Below are positions 1 through 13,940 of a stretch of DNA of 64,000 bases, one piece after another (the stretch's first letter is position 1; each line of letters opens with the position of its first letter). The DNA lies in NCBI GenBank assembly GCA_002633005.1, contig NMRA01000239.1, forward strand, positions 396,288-460,287, written 5' to 3'. This DNA comes from Phoronis australis. Its lineage: Eukaryota; Animalia; Phoronida. A program made the translations under genes and the position numbers. The notes beneath the pieces were generated by a model that saw only the letters and a list, made by a program, of their open reading frames with translations, was not told where the DNA came from and did no database searches.

Positions 1-231
1 AATCTAGTTAACTCAGTGAGTCTCCAAACAAGAAATTGAATGCCTTCAGAATGAATATTGTCGGAAAGTTGACAGCATTTTAAATTGCACAAAGCCAAAT
101 ATTGTACGCTCTCATGGCGGCGAGAATGAACTATAGCTAATCGATTATATTGTAAGTTAGTCTTTTGTGACTTGATCAACACATCAAGGTGTCAAGTAAA
201 ACGAAAAAACGATTCATTATGTTTTGTTTAC

Positions 232-348
232 CTCGACACTCTCCGTTCACGTCACCGTAACCTTGTGCGCACGCACACCTATAACTTCCTGGCGTATTAA
301 TACATTGACGATTCCTTGGACAATTGGTGGAAGCACATTCGTCAACGT
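232..348 (-). CDS. Tandem-EGF secreted protein (fibulin/fibrillin-like), calcium-binding EGF exon; gene continues beyond window start
   Basis: ttctag|...|gtaaac, 117 nt, phase 1-1; DVDECASTNCPRNRQCINTPGSYRCACAQGYGDVNGECR fits the cbEGF consensus (D-x-D-E-C, C-x-N-x4-Y-x-C-x-C). Confidence 0.93.
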
Positions 349-1442
349 CTAGAACAGTAAGAAATATCAAGACTAAATACCGGTGCCAAAAGTGACATTA
401 AGGATTTGCAATTTACAAGGTATCTCCAAGGAATACAGACATTTTCGCAAGCAATTAAACTTTAAAAAGCAACGTTGTCAATTGATGTCATAAATATCTG
501 CATTCGTGGCGACTGTGTACAGTATCGTGAGACAGCTCAGCAACTAACAAAGTAAAAATATATTTCTACATCAGCGCTTAAATGGTCTGTGAGTTAATAA
601 CAGGGTAATTTTAATTGTTTAAAACCTAATTTTAGAATGCTCTTTGTGTTAAAACACGCAAATTATTCTAAAATTAGGTACCTGCCCGACGAATAACTGA
701 AGCAGGAACAACCACATCACTTCCAAGAAAAATCCTGGGCGTAAATTTAAAATAGATTTTTTCATTTCAATGATGGTCATTGATCGACCTAAACTTCATG
801 GGATTTTCATTTGAAAATTTTGCTTAAATTTTCAAAGAAATATGTTTAAATTTGTTTTGCTTGACTTTTAAAGATGTTCTGTCTGTTTTCTTTTCATTCA
901 GAATGAAGATCCTTCGACAGGTAATCAAAAGTTTTCCACCATAGCCAGAATTAAAAATGAAATATCAAAATAACGTTTGAATTTCTGATGTTACATCAAC
1001 AAAATAACCTCACCTTTGAGCGGCCGTGAACTTCGCTTTTTATGAATTCTCTTTAAAATCGTTATTTACGAAATGTTCTTACTTTAGTTATAACTTCTGA
1101 TTAATAAAACTTCTCCTGTGCTCTAAACTGGTGATACGAAACAAGTTACTCATAATCCAACAATAGTTACCGGTCATGAAAACTTTGTAACTCCACGCCA
1201 AGTTGACATTTTTACCAGAAACTAAGTTCCCTTTGTAGTGTCCATCCGGCGATGACACCTCGTGCCAAAAATGAACGTGGAAGACATTTCGTTCTGTGTG
1301 ATGTGTCCATGACGTGGATCGGGCATATCGGCAAAACTCTGTGCAGCTTAGTGTATGGTGCCATCTAATAACTAGAACGAAAGGCATTTTGCACCAGCTT
1401 CTACACGTGTTTTGTAAATTTCATTTTACATCTGTTAGTTAC

Positions 1443-1556
1443 CTGAGCACGTTCCGTTGGACATTTGAAAACCTCTGAAGCAGACGCAGAACGCCTCGGG
1501 GTCTTCTTTACATCCGCCGTTCTCAGGACATTCTAGTTCAGCACATGTGACCATTT
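1443..1556 (-). CDS. Tandem-EGF protein, non-calcium-binding EGF-like exon
   Basis: ttgcag|...|gtaact, 114 nt, phase 1-1; MVTCAELECPENGGCKEDPEAFCVCFRGFQMSNGTCS has six EGF-spaced Cys. Confidence 0.88.
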
Positions 1557-2926
1557 CTGCAAAATTGGGTGAATAATGCCGGGTTGTTTCGGATCGGTGC
1601 GGATAATTCGAACTAGAATAGTATATAAGGAAAAATGTCCAATAGTAGGTATGAGACACCTACGTGTTTCTCATCATTAGTCTCAAAATACGAAAAGATT
1701 TTATAAAATGCCTGCTTCTGATTGCTGCCGCTCAGAAGTTGTGAAAAGTACTATTAGTACGTGACTTCTTACGCGATTGTTCCAGACCTTTCCGGGAGCA
1801 CACATCACGCAAAGCGAGAAAACTTGACTACGCTGTCGATGACGTATGCAGTCAGCTGCACGAAGATTGCCGCATTAATACACGGTTTGTCTTTTCACTG
1901 TGTCGGAGCACTTGTCTCACAGATTCTTGCAACAGTTCAATGTCGTCTGTGAGATCTCACGTGACCACCCCTAGTCGTAGTCAACATCATCCCATCGAAG
2001 GAGACGAGACGTCTTCCAGGAACTAGGAATAGCTAAACACAGTCCAGCAGGCCAGGGTTCAAGTACCAATAGAACTTTTCACAAAATATTGCATGCACTG
2101 CATCCAGCCGTCACTAAAGTTTCATCCATGATGCCACTGACTTGCTTACCTTTTGAAACCATGGGAACAGTAAGAATAAAAATACGTCTCCATGACAATT
2201 ATTGAAGAAGTTATAGTTGTTTTATTAATTTATGGAACTTCTTAGTGGTCAGACCGTGAATAGCGATACCCGACAGGCACGTGAATGAAGTTATATGGCA
2301 ATTTGTCTGTCCGCGTTTCAGCCAATCAGAAGACAGGGCTATCAGTGCAATAACATACAATTTTTGACTTTCACACTCAGTCAATATATTTGTTTTCCAA
2401 AAATGTGATAATGACCAAGGCCACACTCACAAGTATTCAGCTTAACCCCGGTATAAAATGAAGAAGCTGAGAATAAACAAGAATACACGGGCAACACCAG
2501 TTTTTAAAAGCTATGTCTGTGCCTATCACTTCAGCTTGGGCTCATGCGCTTGTATGCAGAAAACTTACTTAGTAAATTTACCTTTGAAAAAATAAACGAA
2601 TTACTGTGGATATAGGCATACCATCCTAAGTACGCGTATTTACAGTATTACTTTCTGTTCAACTTAAGCATTTAGCTCAATGTATTTTTTTGACTATGAG
2701 CTCACCTAATAATTTGATTTACGTAGATAATATCTGAACAAAAAAGTACTAAATTCAAAAGCGAACTTGGGTTATGAACTTACCTGCGTAATGATAACTT
2801 AGACCTACTTGCATACTAACTCAATTTCACACTAAGTAGCAAATGTCAAACTAAATTCGTGTTCAATTCTAAGGTTGAAAACTGGATCTCAGCCCAGATT
2901 TGTAGGCACGTGTTGCTTGCACTTAC

Positions 2927-3049
2927 TGACACACTTTCCCAACTCTTCAGTGTATTTGTATCCCTCCGCGCATCCACATCGAAAACTTCCCACAGTATTG
3001 GAACATGGCGGATTGTCGTCGCAAGGGTTAAGTTCACATTCATCTATGT
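2927..3049 (-). CDS. Tandem-EGF protein, cbEGF exon
   Basis: ttgcag|...|gtaagt, 123 nt, phase 1-1; DIDECELNPCDDNPPCSNTVGSFRCGCAEGYKYTEELGKCV (translated by hand; frame not in ORF track). Confidence 0.93.
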
Positions 3050-3451
3050 CTGCAATTGACATATCCGCAGCAGTTTGTAATAGGAATAACGAGCATTAAA
3101 AAGGATGAAAATGTAACTGAAGTGTACGCAAAAGCTTAATATGAACGACGTGTGAAGACGGATTACTTTTCGGGAAACGAGTAACCAGAAACTCACCAGT
3201 TTCCTAATTCAAGAAGCAAATTGTCCATAAATTTAGCTGGCAGACCTTTCGCACCATTGCCAAGAGCACTTCTCTTTTTATAATTATATTGGACAATCTG
3301 TTTTTCTCTAAGTGCTTTTGCAAATATATGCCCCTATCTAAGGAAAACTTGCGTGATCTCGCGTGATCTCGCCAAACTCACACAAGAACGGGTTGCAGGC
3401 CAGTTTGCTGCACAAACTTCACTAGAAGTATCAATAAAACAATGACGTTAC

Positions 3452-3574
3452 CGGAACACATCATATTCTGAGTTAAGCTGAATCCATTTTCGCACAAGCA
3501 CATGTATGATCCTTCTTCGTTTTCACACAACCCGTGACGACCACAGATGGAAGGATTTTCACATTCATTCACAT
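3452..3574 (-). CDS. Tandem-EGF protein, cbEGF exon
   Basis: ttgtag|...|gtaacg, 123 nt, phase 1-1; DVNECENPSICGRHGLCENEEGSYMCLCENGFSLTQNMMCS. Confidence 0.93.
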
Positions 3575-3743
3575 CTACAAAATCAAGGAATATGTAAACT
3601 TGCTTGACATTTTGGTGTTTTGATTTCTATAAAGATCATTAAAAATCCGAACGAATCCAGACTACGCTACTTATAACGAAATTTAAACAATACTGAGCGA
3701 AGTCTCTACTAAAAACGATTGCCAATTGCTTCAAATATATTTC

Positions 3744-3899
3744 CAGTGCTGTAGTGGTAAAATTAGAGGTAAGTAGGCGCCCAAAGCCAACCGTATCACC
3801 TTGAGCACTGAACGTAACTTACTGTTCGTAGGCGCAACGTTCAAATGCCAAAAGGTGGTTGGCTGCGCCTACGTGCGCGTACGCCCCACTACAGCGCTG
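3744..3899. mobile_element. hAT-type MITE (family B, copy 1)
   Basis: TIRs CAGTGCTGTAGTGG / CCACTACAGCGCTG; perfect 8-bp TSD TATATTTC (3736-3743, 3900-3907); inverted second copy at 51276-51430. Confidence 0.9.
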
Positions 3900-5628
3900 T
3901 ATATTTCAAGTAAACAGTGCATCGCATCAAGGTGTTTTAGAACTTGAAGAATTTGTATAACCACAGCAAGTGTCAGTTCCTGTCAAATTTGACTGAATTG
4001 CAACTTTAAATTTCAGGATTCAATTTAACGAGTGCCTCAGATGTTGTACCTACGTGGTGAATGGTGAATTCTAACACACGCATCACGTGCATCACGTTTA
4101 TGCAACATCCCTCTTCAAAAGAATTGACACGGCAACAAAATGGTGAATTTCCATCATGTGATTAAGGAATTTTATTTTCAACGAACAGTGACATTTGAAT
4201 TTGGCTAACTCCGAAAAAAATATGGAATAGAACACATTTTGAAACAAACAAACATTTAAAGACTCCCACGGCGTTCCTTACATACGTCAGTAGTTTGTTT
4301 GGAAATTGTATTTGCGAACTTGGAATCAACTTACACTCTTTGTTTTTTTAAATAAAACCAAGAATTTAAGTTGGTAATTCTATTTGAACTTTTGGTTAAT
4401 GGCTCCCATGAAAATCTAAACAGAATTTTATTGGTGAATAAACTACAGCAAATTAAGCTTATAGAATATCTGTTATTTGTACACGCGTACATAAAATTCG
4501 ACACTTCACGATAATTTGTCAAGCTGAATTTCATTATTGATTCAGTCCGTCAGTCATAGACGATTTTTGTCACTACTAGTGATTGACCGCATATGTTTTT
4601 GATACTAGATTAGAATTTTTACGGACCATACATGTGCACAGGGTGTTTTCAAATGTAAGGCGGCATATTCATTGAGAAGTAATATCATTAGCTGAAAGAC
4701 TAATGCCCTAGTCTGGCTGTACACTGATTATAAGAGACTTACGAAGTATTTTGCATGTCTACGACAAATAAATCAATATTCTTGTATGCAAATAAGACGT
4801 CACGTGTTCTCAAAACATTTCGTGTGCTGCCTCATGTGTACACGCCTGCTGATAACTATCATATTGATGACGTCACTTGTGGCTCCATGATAGCATTTAT
4901 GTCTTGAATTGCTCAAAGGCCGAGTAGGCCTAAAACTAGAGTGGGATATCGTATCTCTGGCAAACACTGCTCCTTAATTCTACAACCCAGAAACGAATAA
5001 GTTAAAACTAAAAAATCAAAATGTTTAATTTTATTTGACATGTAGTCACGAAACACATCGCACAGAATAGGAATGCATTTGCCTTGCAATTCTGACAAAA
5101 CGTCGAGACGTGCGCAAAAATACCAGAAAATTAAAAGCGCAGGTGTTGGTTTACTTGTTTCTAATAGACTGATTAGTTTTCGACGGAATTCTAAATGGCG
5201 AAATATTGTATGTGAGGCTGTCAGGATGTGGCGCCGGGATTAAGCGTGTTAGACTATATCTGGAAATCATTTAACACTGTACGGACAAGACCACATGCGC
5301 GTCAAGAAGGCAAACGAGCACACAGGTAACTAGGTCTACGTTTAAACAAACAAGAAGTGACTTTCATGCATGTGACAAGATACACGTAGCAGAACAAATC
5401 ATTGGTTAATCAAGAAAAGTAAAAGACAAACGTCTTTTTCATTTTGAACTGAAAACGGAATAACGCCTGCATGCAGGTATTACATAGAATTCCCATACCA
5501 CGTTTCGACAATTAGACGAATCATTTCGAGTACTGAAAGGACTTAAAGCACGATGCACACGTGACCAACACAAGTCCTCCATGAAGACAGAATGGTCGTA
5601 CGTTACCTTACACACGAAGTGCCCTCAC

Positions 5629-5748
5629 CTGTGCATACACCGCCAGCCTTATGTATGTATCCGCTTTTACAACCGCACTGGAATGTACCGGGCAAATTTT
5701 GACATGCGGAATTCGGTCCACAGATTGGGAATTGGCACTCATCAACAT
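5629..5748 (-). CDS. Tandem-EGF protein, cbEGF exon
   Basis: ttccag|...|gtgagg, 120 nt, phase 1-1; DVDECQFPICGPNSACQNLPGTFQCGCKSGYIHKAGGVCT. Confidence 0.93.
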
Positions 5749-6333
5749 CTGGAAATAAGAGAAAATCCTTTACAATTGCATATTAGAAAATACGACAACA
5801 CGCTAACACGGTCCTTGGCATGTGAGGATAACCTGCAGTCAAATTTAACTATCATCTGCACTAAACCAAAGTGACAATCTAACCCATAAGTTGACTGGCC
5901 CATTGATTGTCTAAACTGACCCATGAGTTCGAGGCTCAATGGCTAAACTGACCCTCAAAAGTAACCTACGAATCTCGGCAAATATAAGACCTGGGGCGCG
6001 TTCTGTAGACTCAATGTTTTGTGAGGTAGGCCTAATCAAAATCACGCAAAGCGGACGAATTATGGGATAGAATTTATTAATTATGGGCTACGATTCATTG
6101 TTTGCGTCCCATAAGCGAAGATGGCGCAGCAAAATGTCTTGCTTCTACCAGTGGAATGTAGCCCTGGCCTGGCCCGAGACCACAACGCTTTACTAGACTT
6201 GACTCTAAAATTTACCAATCATCGGGAACGAATTAAGAAGATTACTGGACGGGTCCAATGATTTAAACGACGACAAGCACGAATGCAGGGACTGAGACAA
6301 TAAATAAAAATCATTTAAAAGAGTTAAAATCAC

Positions 6334-6471
6334 CTAAGCAGTCTTTATCTTGCACCACGTAGCCACTGACACACGAACACACTGGGTGGTTATCACGTAT
6401 GGTACACAATTGAGCACACTCGTGGTCCTCAGGGCATTTCATGTCTATCGTGGACGTGTCGGTCTTGTTCC
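6334..6471 (-). CDS. Tandem-EGF protein, first EGF-like exon
   Basis: cttcag|...|gtgatt, 138 nt, phase 1-1; NKTDTSTIDMKCPEDHECAQLCTIRDNHPVCSCVSGYVVQDKDCL, six Cys with C-x-Q-x-C and C-S-C-x-x-G-Y pattern. Confidence 0.88.
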
Positions 6472-8792
6472 CTGAAGAAATAGGTTATACGTGTAAGTCA
6501 TTTTATTTTTCTGTTGAGTACGGTATAGGCGGATTTACAGGGGCAGGGGACCAGGCGCCCCCTACAGAGACGATCAATTTAAACAAAACAAAACGTCAAT
6601 TTTAGGGACTGTGCGCAGGCGTTTTCCTTCGACAAACAGTGTTTGCCCGTGAAAGTCAACTTCAATAACAAACTGTCGACTCTTTCCACGAAGCTCAAAA
6701 ATCAAACCAATTTTGACTGTGAAACAATTTGAGTAGTGCTGCGTTTCGTAGACGCAACGCCCTAATGAAAAAGCAAGATCACACAAAACCACGCAAAACT
6801 AAGCCAGTAAAAGGAGAGTGTTTCGCTAGCAAGCTCGGAACTTTACCATCGTGCACCAGCCGAATTGGTCGGAGAGGCTGAGTTGTTGAGTCAAGGGTTA
6901 CAATTCTGTGTTTCCGTTCCATAAGCGAACTAAGATTTCTTGCCCTATGTGCCACACGGTGTCTCAGGTTTGCTTAACGCAAACTCGGTTCGGCCAGGCA
7001 GCCAATCTCGTGCTCAGAGTTGCTGTATGAGCAGTCACACTGACGTAATTTTACACAGTGGGCTCATGAATTGCATAATGGCGCTACCAGGTCAAGATTG
7101 CTGTTCAAAATGCAGAATTGTCGGTAAATATTACCGACGGGCTTCCCGAAGAAATTAATTTCATCACTTATTGCACCATTGGTAAACGCAACTACATGCA
7201 TCACAGGTGGCGTTTTGATTTGCACAATTTAGGCCAAATTGTATTCCACGAGTTTTGTAAGTGGCTACGCGCCTGTAAATGCTTATTTACAGACGTAGCA
7301 CGTGTCTAGCAAAACCGCGATGGTGTAACCTTAAATTCCCTTGTTGTCCACGACTTTAAATCTAGCTTCCTTACTTGCTTAAAGCTGGCACGAGCTTGCC
7401 TTCAGTCAAAAAATATTAATTTTTTTCCTAACTCCAATTGGAATTGATTTCTGTTCTCAGAGAATGGCAAGAAATTGATAGTCGTATCGTGTTCGGCTCA
7501 TTGAAAGTCCTGCAGGGCGGAGGTCTTGGATTTATCACAATTGTTTTCGCTTCATTCCAGCAAAACGATACGTTTGCAAGTGGCCAGTTCCAAGCCAATT
7601 AATATGAAATAATAAAACTTGAAGCAATGGTCTTTATTATACAGACGAATTCGTCAGTATGAATCGCCTCCGTGTTTCGATTTTCAACTTTCCTTTTAGA
7701 ATTCGAAGTTTGAAACCAGGGATATTGGGCTAGCCACAATTGAAAATTCAATTTTTAATTTAGAAGTTCAAAGATGAAATTCTGACGGTCAATACATAGG
7801 GCGTTCATTGTAGCGAAATCACTGCTAAGTAACGTTACAACCAATTACAGTACACAGCTACAATTCTAAATACTAATCTGATTGATTAGAACAATAACAT
7901 TCGCACCCATGGCAGATAGAGTTTAGCTGGCCAAACGTCAAATCATCCAGTATCAGAAGTTTTTTTTTTGTTTGCGCGGGCGGAGCTATTTTCATGTGCG
8001 TTTGTAGTTCCATGAGATAGCTTTGCGCAGCACTGTCAATATTTCTTAGACGCAGTTTCAAAATTGAAATTGAACGGCAAACATGCACGCGTATCTCAAA
8101 CAATCGTAATATGTTGTCAAACGCATAGCGTACAGGTCCAAATTGAAGGCATATTTGCCAAATCGGTACCTTGCAAAACAAATTTCAGAAATCTACGATG
8201 TACCCTATATATCAATAGCAACAGAGTACTAGGTGAATGGAAGGTTTACTAGTTTTGTCTGAATTGAAATTCTCAGGGGATAAGACAAACTCAAGACAGC
8301 AAAAAAGTTGTATCGATGATCAATTTTATGAATAGGTGTATCCGCTGAAAACACTGGGCTACAATTGATACGACAGAAGTGCGTCACATGTACGTGCACA
8401 GCCACCAAAATGCAGGTGCGTACACACATAAAGCGTTGTAGTCGCAGATCGTATGCATTTTAGCATTTCGCAAGTGTCTTGTTCTGGGTATTGTATGATA
8501 GTTTGTGATGTGATCAACCTGAAGCTTTGAAAGGCAAAGTCCCCCCAAAAGCGTATGCAAAACACTGAGTTTCCTAGACTGGGGAACACGGCAGCTGACC
8601 AGCAAAACATTCTACATGTTCATTGGCTAGCGCCCATAGACATTAAGTCCAGACCATGTAGGCTACTGATTCAATAACTTGCTGGGACATAATGAAGCGC
8701 ATTGCATTTACTCCCATATTTCTTTCTTATATCCGACCAGATTGTCTCCGGTATTTTTAGGTAAACAAATCATGGCACTATCTTGTAATATT

Positions 8793-9059
8793 CATGCGCA
8801 CATCCAGGGGATGGAGTCTGGGGGGCCCGAACAAGCCCCCCATTTTGTGTGGGTGAGGTGGCCAAAAAGGTCCGCCTCAGAGAAACAAAAACTCCGAAAA
8901 AAGTAGAACACGAGACAAAAGTCCATTAAAAAGACACAAACTGCCAAAATTCGGCGAATGCACAATTCATAGCTCCGAATATACCCCGTGAAACTTAGTA
9001 ATAGGTCCACATTCTCAAAAATTCGAGCCCCCCAATTTTTTAGGCTGGGTGCGCGCATG
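8793..9059. mobile_element. MITE-like element with short TIRs
   Basis: Imperfect TIRs CATGCGCACATCCAG / CTGGGTGCGCGCATG, G/C-run subtermini; no clear TSD. Confidence 0.55.
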
Positions 9060-11421
9060 CGCGTGTGATATTGGGCATCAAATGCAATGCCAAACGACCA
9101 TTTCTGCTTTTGGTAAATGTAGCTTCACCTGAATACCTTTCTCGTAGACTGTCTCTTTGCAGAATTACTTTTACGCGGACTCAGGAAATATCGTCGATTT
9201 CCACGACAGGTTGTTTGATTGAATGTTCTTGGTGAGCCGTCTAGTAAACGAGACGTACACGCAACTGGTTATAGTCACGTAACCTATTACTATTTATAGA
9301 CACGCTCGAGAAGTTAGTTACCCTTGGAACACGAATACATGTGTATGCCTACATTTTGCGCATCAAAATTTACCTGTGGTAGTTGCAAAACTTAAATGAA
9401 CCAAAACACAGTACTGGGTGCTAAAGAACAACGAAAAAGTTGGTTGTTGCATGGGCGGCGCAGTACTGTGGTGCACGGCTAATAGACCATGGGCTGCTCA
9501 GCACTGAAAAAAGTGGGGCTATGCCCCCCCCAAGCCCCCATGGTGCGCCGCTCATATGTTGAAAGAAGCCAGAAGGATATGCGGAAATATCAATGTTTCA
9601 GACGAATGTTTTATTCTCCATGGCATTTTATCAACAATACCTCTGTCTTAAAATTCATGTCGTGGTTTGAGAAAAGATATAAAAAGTTAACTTACTGAAT
9701 TAGTTTTTACTTGTATACCATTTGCAAACGAGTGTAGTCTTTGAGTGTTTTCGTTTGGTCTGGCGGGAGAGAAAACAGACGAAGAAATCGTTCTTAACGA
9801 CCAATTTCTTTAATTCTGGTGAAGGACTATGGGATAGAACAGTTGATGGTTGTTTTATTATCCAAATAAGTTGGAGGGGGGGGGGGGTTGCCAAGCTCAA
9901 CTGTGAATTAACAAATTTATCAACGTTTAAGTTAAGAATATTTCAACTTCTGCATTGTTATATCTAATTAACGAACCGGGCACCAACACTTTAAATGACC
10001 TGCCCTTGTGAAGTGGGTCAGTGCCTGAGCGAAATGATCTTATCAAAATATTCATATCGCCTACTGCTTTTTTCCAAACCCCTGCTCCCTTGTTCTCAAA
10101 CATGATTATCTGCATTACGTGTACTTCCATATGAGAATTCGTAAGTTAATAATAAACACAATTCTATTGTCTTTCGATTTTAGCACATTGCTTCGCGAGT
10201 TTTGAAAATTGTGCTTGCCTTGCGAATAATTTGACTTTCAGCTACGGTTAATGCACATAAAGTACCTGGCTCACAAATAGGTATACGAATTTGGCGTGAA
10301 CTGAGGGGCCATCCGATCAACAAATTCTTGGCTAGGTAACAGACGATTATATTATTATATTGAGTCATCAGACTAACAACAACTTGTGAATGCAGTAAAA
10401 GAAGAAAGTACAAATTCACTGATAAATCCCAATGCAAATCTCACTGAATCCTGGTAATCGAATAGGAGAGTCAGAGACTGCCTCAGTCTAGCAGGGCTTA
10501 GACTCGATGATTTTGAATTACCGGTAGACACTGTTCCATATGTAACAACAGCAAACTTGAAACATAACAAGGGTTTTAACAAAATTCGTGCTTAATTTAG
10601 CTTAGCAGTTTAAATAATGACCAATTTAAACAATTGATCACATCAATCAAGTGGTTTTCCTGGAAGCAGACGTACAGAAAGTTGCTCGCTCTACGTGACC
10701 CTGCTTTTCATTGGCTAGTGTCTATATTAGTCAGACATTAACCAATGAGAGTGGGTCTAAGTTAGCTTATTATCATACGGCAAACTTAAAGAGGATAATC
10801 CCGACTTACCACTTTCATAACTTCGTTAATTCGCTGAAGAACATGGCAACCCCAAACAGTGACCGGTGACAGTTCTGGATGAGAGTGTTGTTTGCTTATG
10901 ACACGATTTTGCCATGAAAGCGTTATTAAAAAACTTATCAAGTTTTGGTCAGCTGACTATTACGAATTTTAGCGCAAGTGGATGGGATACGTATTGAATA
11001 CAATTCCAAGTTTCAGAAACTTTCGACATCAGAAAAAATCCGAGACTGTAACACGCATGTTGGAAGGCTACCGATGTGACCGTCCTTGCAAAATAGGATG
11101 ATTGGTCTTTTGTGACTCTATAAGCATTCGAATAAAACACCACTGTGAGAAAATCGTAACCCTTTCAAGCGTCATCATGATCGCCACCACTTAACCACAA
11201 CGCCTGAAAACCTACCCGAGGCCCATATACGCATCAGGTACTGGTCTGAAACAGAAACCCTACCATGCAGCTAACCTTGAATACCACAATATTTGCATCG
11301 TGCCTATAAGGAGGACAATTCAAAAATGAAATGTCAGTACATTAAGTAAAAAGATAGCGCGTCTTTTAACTTGGTCTAAACGTCGGACAAAGTCTCTTAA
11401 AACTACTTATGACCCACTCAC

Positions 11422-11494
11422 CGATGTCAACAACGTACAACATTATTATATAGAAGATTTCGGAGTGCATTACAGTCATTAGATGAGGCAGCAT
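11422..11494 (-). CDS. Candidate start/signal-peptide exon of the tandem-EGF gene
   Basis: Acceptor catttag at 11511-12, ATG at 11494, MLPHLMTVMHSEIFYIIMLYVVDI-G, strong donor G|gtgagt in phase 1, compatible with the 6471 acceptor; hydrophobic core is short. Confidence 0.5.
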
Positions 11495-12933
11495 TTCGCA
11501 GTTTAGCTGCCTAAATGAAAATCGAATTAGTCTTTTTATTCTCACAAAATAATGCGTTTAATAGTATTCCATATAGTTACCAACACGCATTTCGCTTTAG
11601 TTGTATTGGGATTGGCCAACCTTAAATTTGTGCATTCGAAAATGGCGCATGTACGCCTTGCCTCTGACTTGAGTTGCCGACCATAAATTCAAGATCGGAT
11701 GAACGTGTAAATTTTCATAAACCCTTCAGGGCTTAAAAATTCAAAATTACTGTCCTAGTAAGAGCAAAATATAGCCTTAACTCCGATTAAAGTATAACCA
11801 AATTTCCAAAGTTTGCCACGTGATCTACTAGGTAACAACACGCCAAACCTGTGTAACGTGGTAGAGGTTGACTCTAACACTTCGATTGCGAATCAGTCGA
11901 AATACATTCATTTGTAAGCTAACGCTGTATTCTTCAATTTTATAATCGTCAGAATCTTAACGTAACGACGATGTTTCGTTCACGTACCACGCGTATTGAA
12001 TTAAAATGTCACTCACACTGGCCGATTCGTCCGACATTTTGGCTTGTGGCTATCAGTCAACAATGGGCAATAGTGGGAGAGGCAAGGCGACGTTGAACAG
12101 TTAAACCGTAGCGCTAGCGGCAGCAATGTCCACGGGCAAAATGCTTGGGACGGGCCTATTTTAGCAGTATTTTTGAGACATGTATTTCAAGTAGGTTCAA
12201 TGGATCGAATTTGCTTAAATGCTCTTGAACATGTTGTGACTCAGAAAACCCCCCTATTTCGGCTGTAGGTCTCTGTTTCTTCAAAATGGCGGCCTCCAAG
12301 CATCGTTGCAGTGTAATTTCAGGTAGCCCTCAAACAACCGAGAATTAAAAAATAAAATGACTACTAGTCCTCCTATTTCGTCGTTTAGTAAACGATAGTT
12401 GTTCGCCACTTAGAGCGTTGTGTTTTCGGTATAAATGATATATACACTTTTAAGTACTACTGACTAATTGCTTCATCCAACTGGTCTGCAGGCACGTTGT
12501 CATGATGACAAAGCAGTCAAACACGAAAGACAGCAGTCCGTTTAAAGTTGTAGCAGGGCTTTATTAAAAGTTTCAGTTGCTTCCCCAAAGTCTCAAACAA
12601 AGTGGAGTGACTTGCGAAAAATATTTAACCCTTTGTTATACGTGTTACATACTGACAGACGTTTTCAAGCTCTAAAACTTATTCATGAACCAATGCACTT
12701 GTTAAATTATGCATTGTCAGTGGCGTAGTGAGAGTTATTGCTAACCAGACTCGATCCTCACCAATTTTCGTGCAACCCTTTATATTTGTACCGCCCTCCC
12801 CTCGTCGGTGCCGAGCCCTATCGGGGTGCCTTCCTGGGCTCGATCCCCAATTGCGCCGTTGTAAACCCGCATGATGTAAGCGGAAATCAACCTATGCTGC
12901 CACCCAGGCTTGTGCAGACTAAGACAAGGAACT

Positions 12934-13089
12934 GCCTCCCGTTCAGTAACGCTAGGACCTCGCTAAAAAGCAAGACTTCGCGAGATTACGTGAGATATTG
13001 CCGTGTATTTTAAATGAGAACACGTGACTTTGACTAGATTTTAGCTAGGTCCTAGCGTCATAGGTCCTAGCGTCTACTGAACGCACGCC
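12934..13089 (+). mobile_element. Palindromic MITE family A, GCC..GTTCAG-terminus type
   Basis: GTTCAGTAACGCTAGGACC...GGTCCTAGCGTCTACTGAAC inverted ends; core GCTAAAAAGCAAGACTTCGCGAGATTAC; very similar to 59881-60033. Confidence 0.85.
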
Positions 13090-13940
13090 TTGTTTGCTCC
13101 GCTTTGCCAGTGGGTCGTCAATAACCATTAATCCGAATGTGGCTGTCATAATACAGACGAAAAGGACAAGTTTTCAGTTATGAACGTACCCGTCGGTGTT
13201 ACTGAAGTGCCATCTATATCCGGTATTTCTCCGCTGCCGTCCAGTATCAGAATGCCTAACATTTGACTTCGTGAACAAACGAGCACCTGAAAATCGCTTA
13301 GAAAATCGATCACAATGCGACAATACATGTAACTGACATAATGCACAATTACTGGTCAGATGTCTTGACCTTTCAAGTTTTAACATTGTTTTCACGGCTT
13401 GAGGCCACTAAGCCTACACAATCAAATAAAAACGACTACACATGAAGTTGAAAAACCAACACCTAATAAGTAACATCTGCTTTGGTGTATTTCATATTCT
13501 GCTGTCACGATAGATATTGGATGACCCTATATGCTGCAGGCCGGTAATTTTAAGCAACTTCGCATGATGTGACTTGTTACATAGGAATTTGAGTTTCGGA
13601 TAGCAAATTTGGTAGCAGTCCAAAGTGTATTTAAACAAAGCTGGCGAAGAATTATTCGTGTCGTGAACAGCACTTCCGGACTGACGCTTGCATAACTAAG
13701 TATAATCCAAGGGAATCTACTTTTAAGTCCCAAATTAAAACTTGGGACTTTGCCTAGGATAACCAAATAATCGTGATATGATGCAGAACTGTTTTTCCAC
13801 TGGGTGAATTCTCAACCCCCCAGTCCTAACATGCATGTTTACAAAAGAGTCAGGTAGTCAATACGATTTAATTTCTTGAATTTATTAGTGACTACAATAC
13901 TTAATGATATTGTCACGTCTCGGTACTATAAACCGACCTC

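Noticed and set aside
10810-10874. AG...GTAAGT-bounded segment as an extra EGF-gene exon
   Set aside because: The open frame enters in phase 1 but exits in phase 0, incompatible with the phase-1 chain; no domain pattern.
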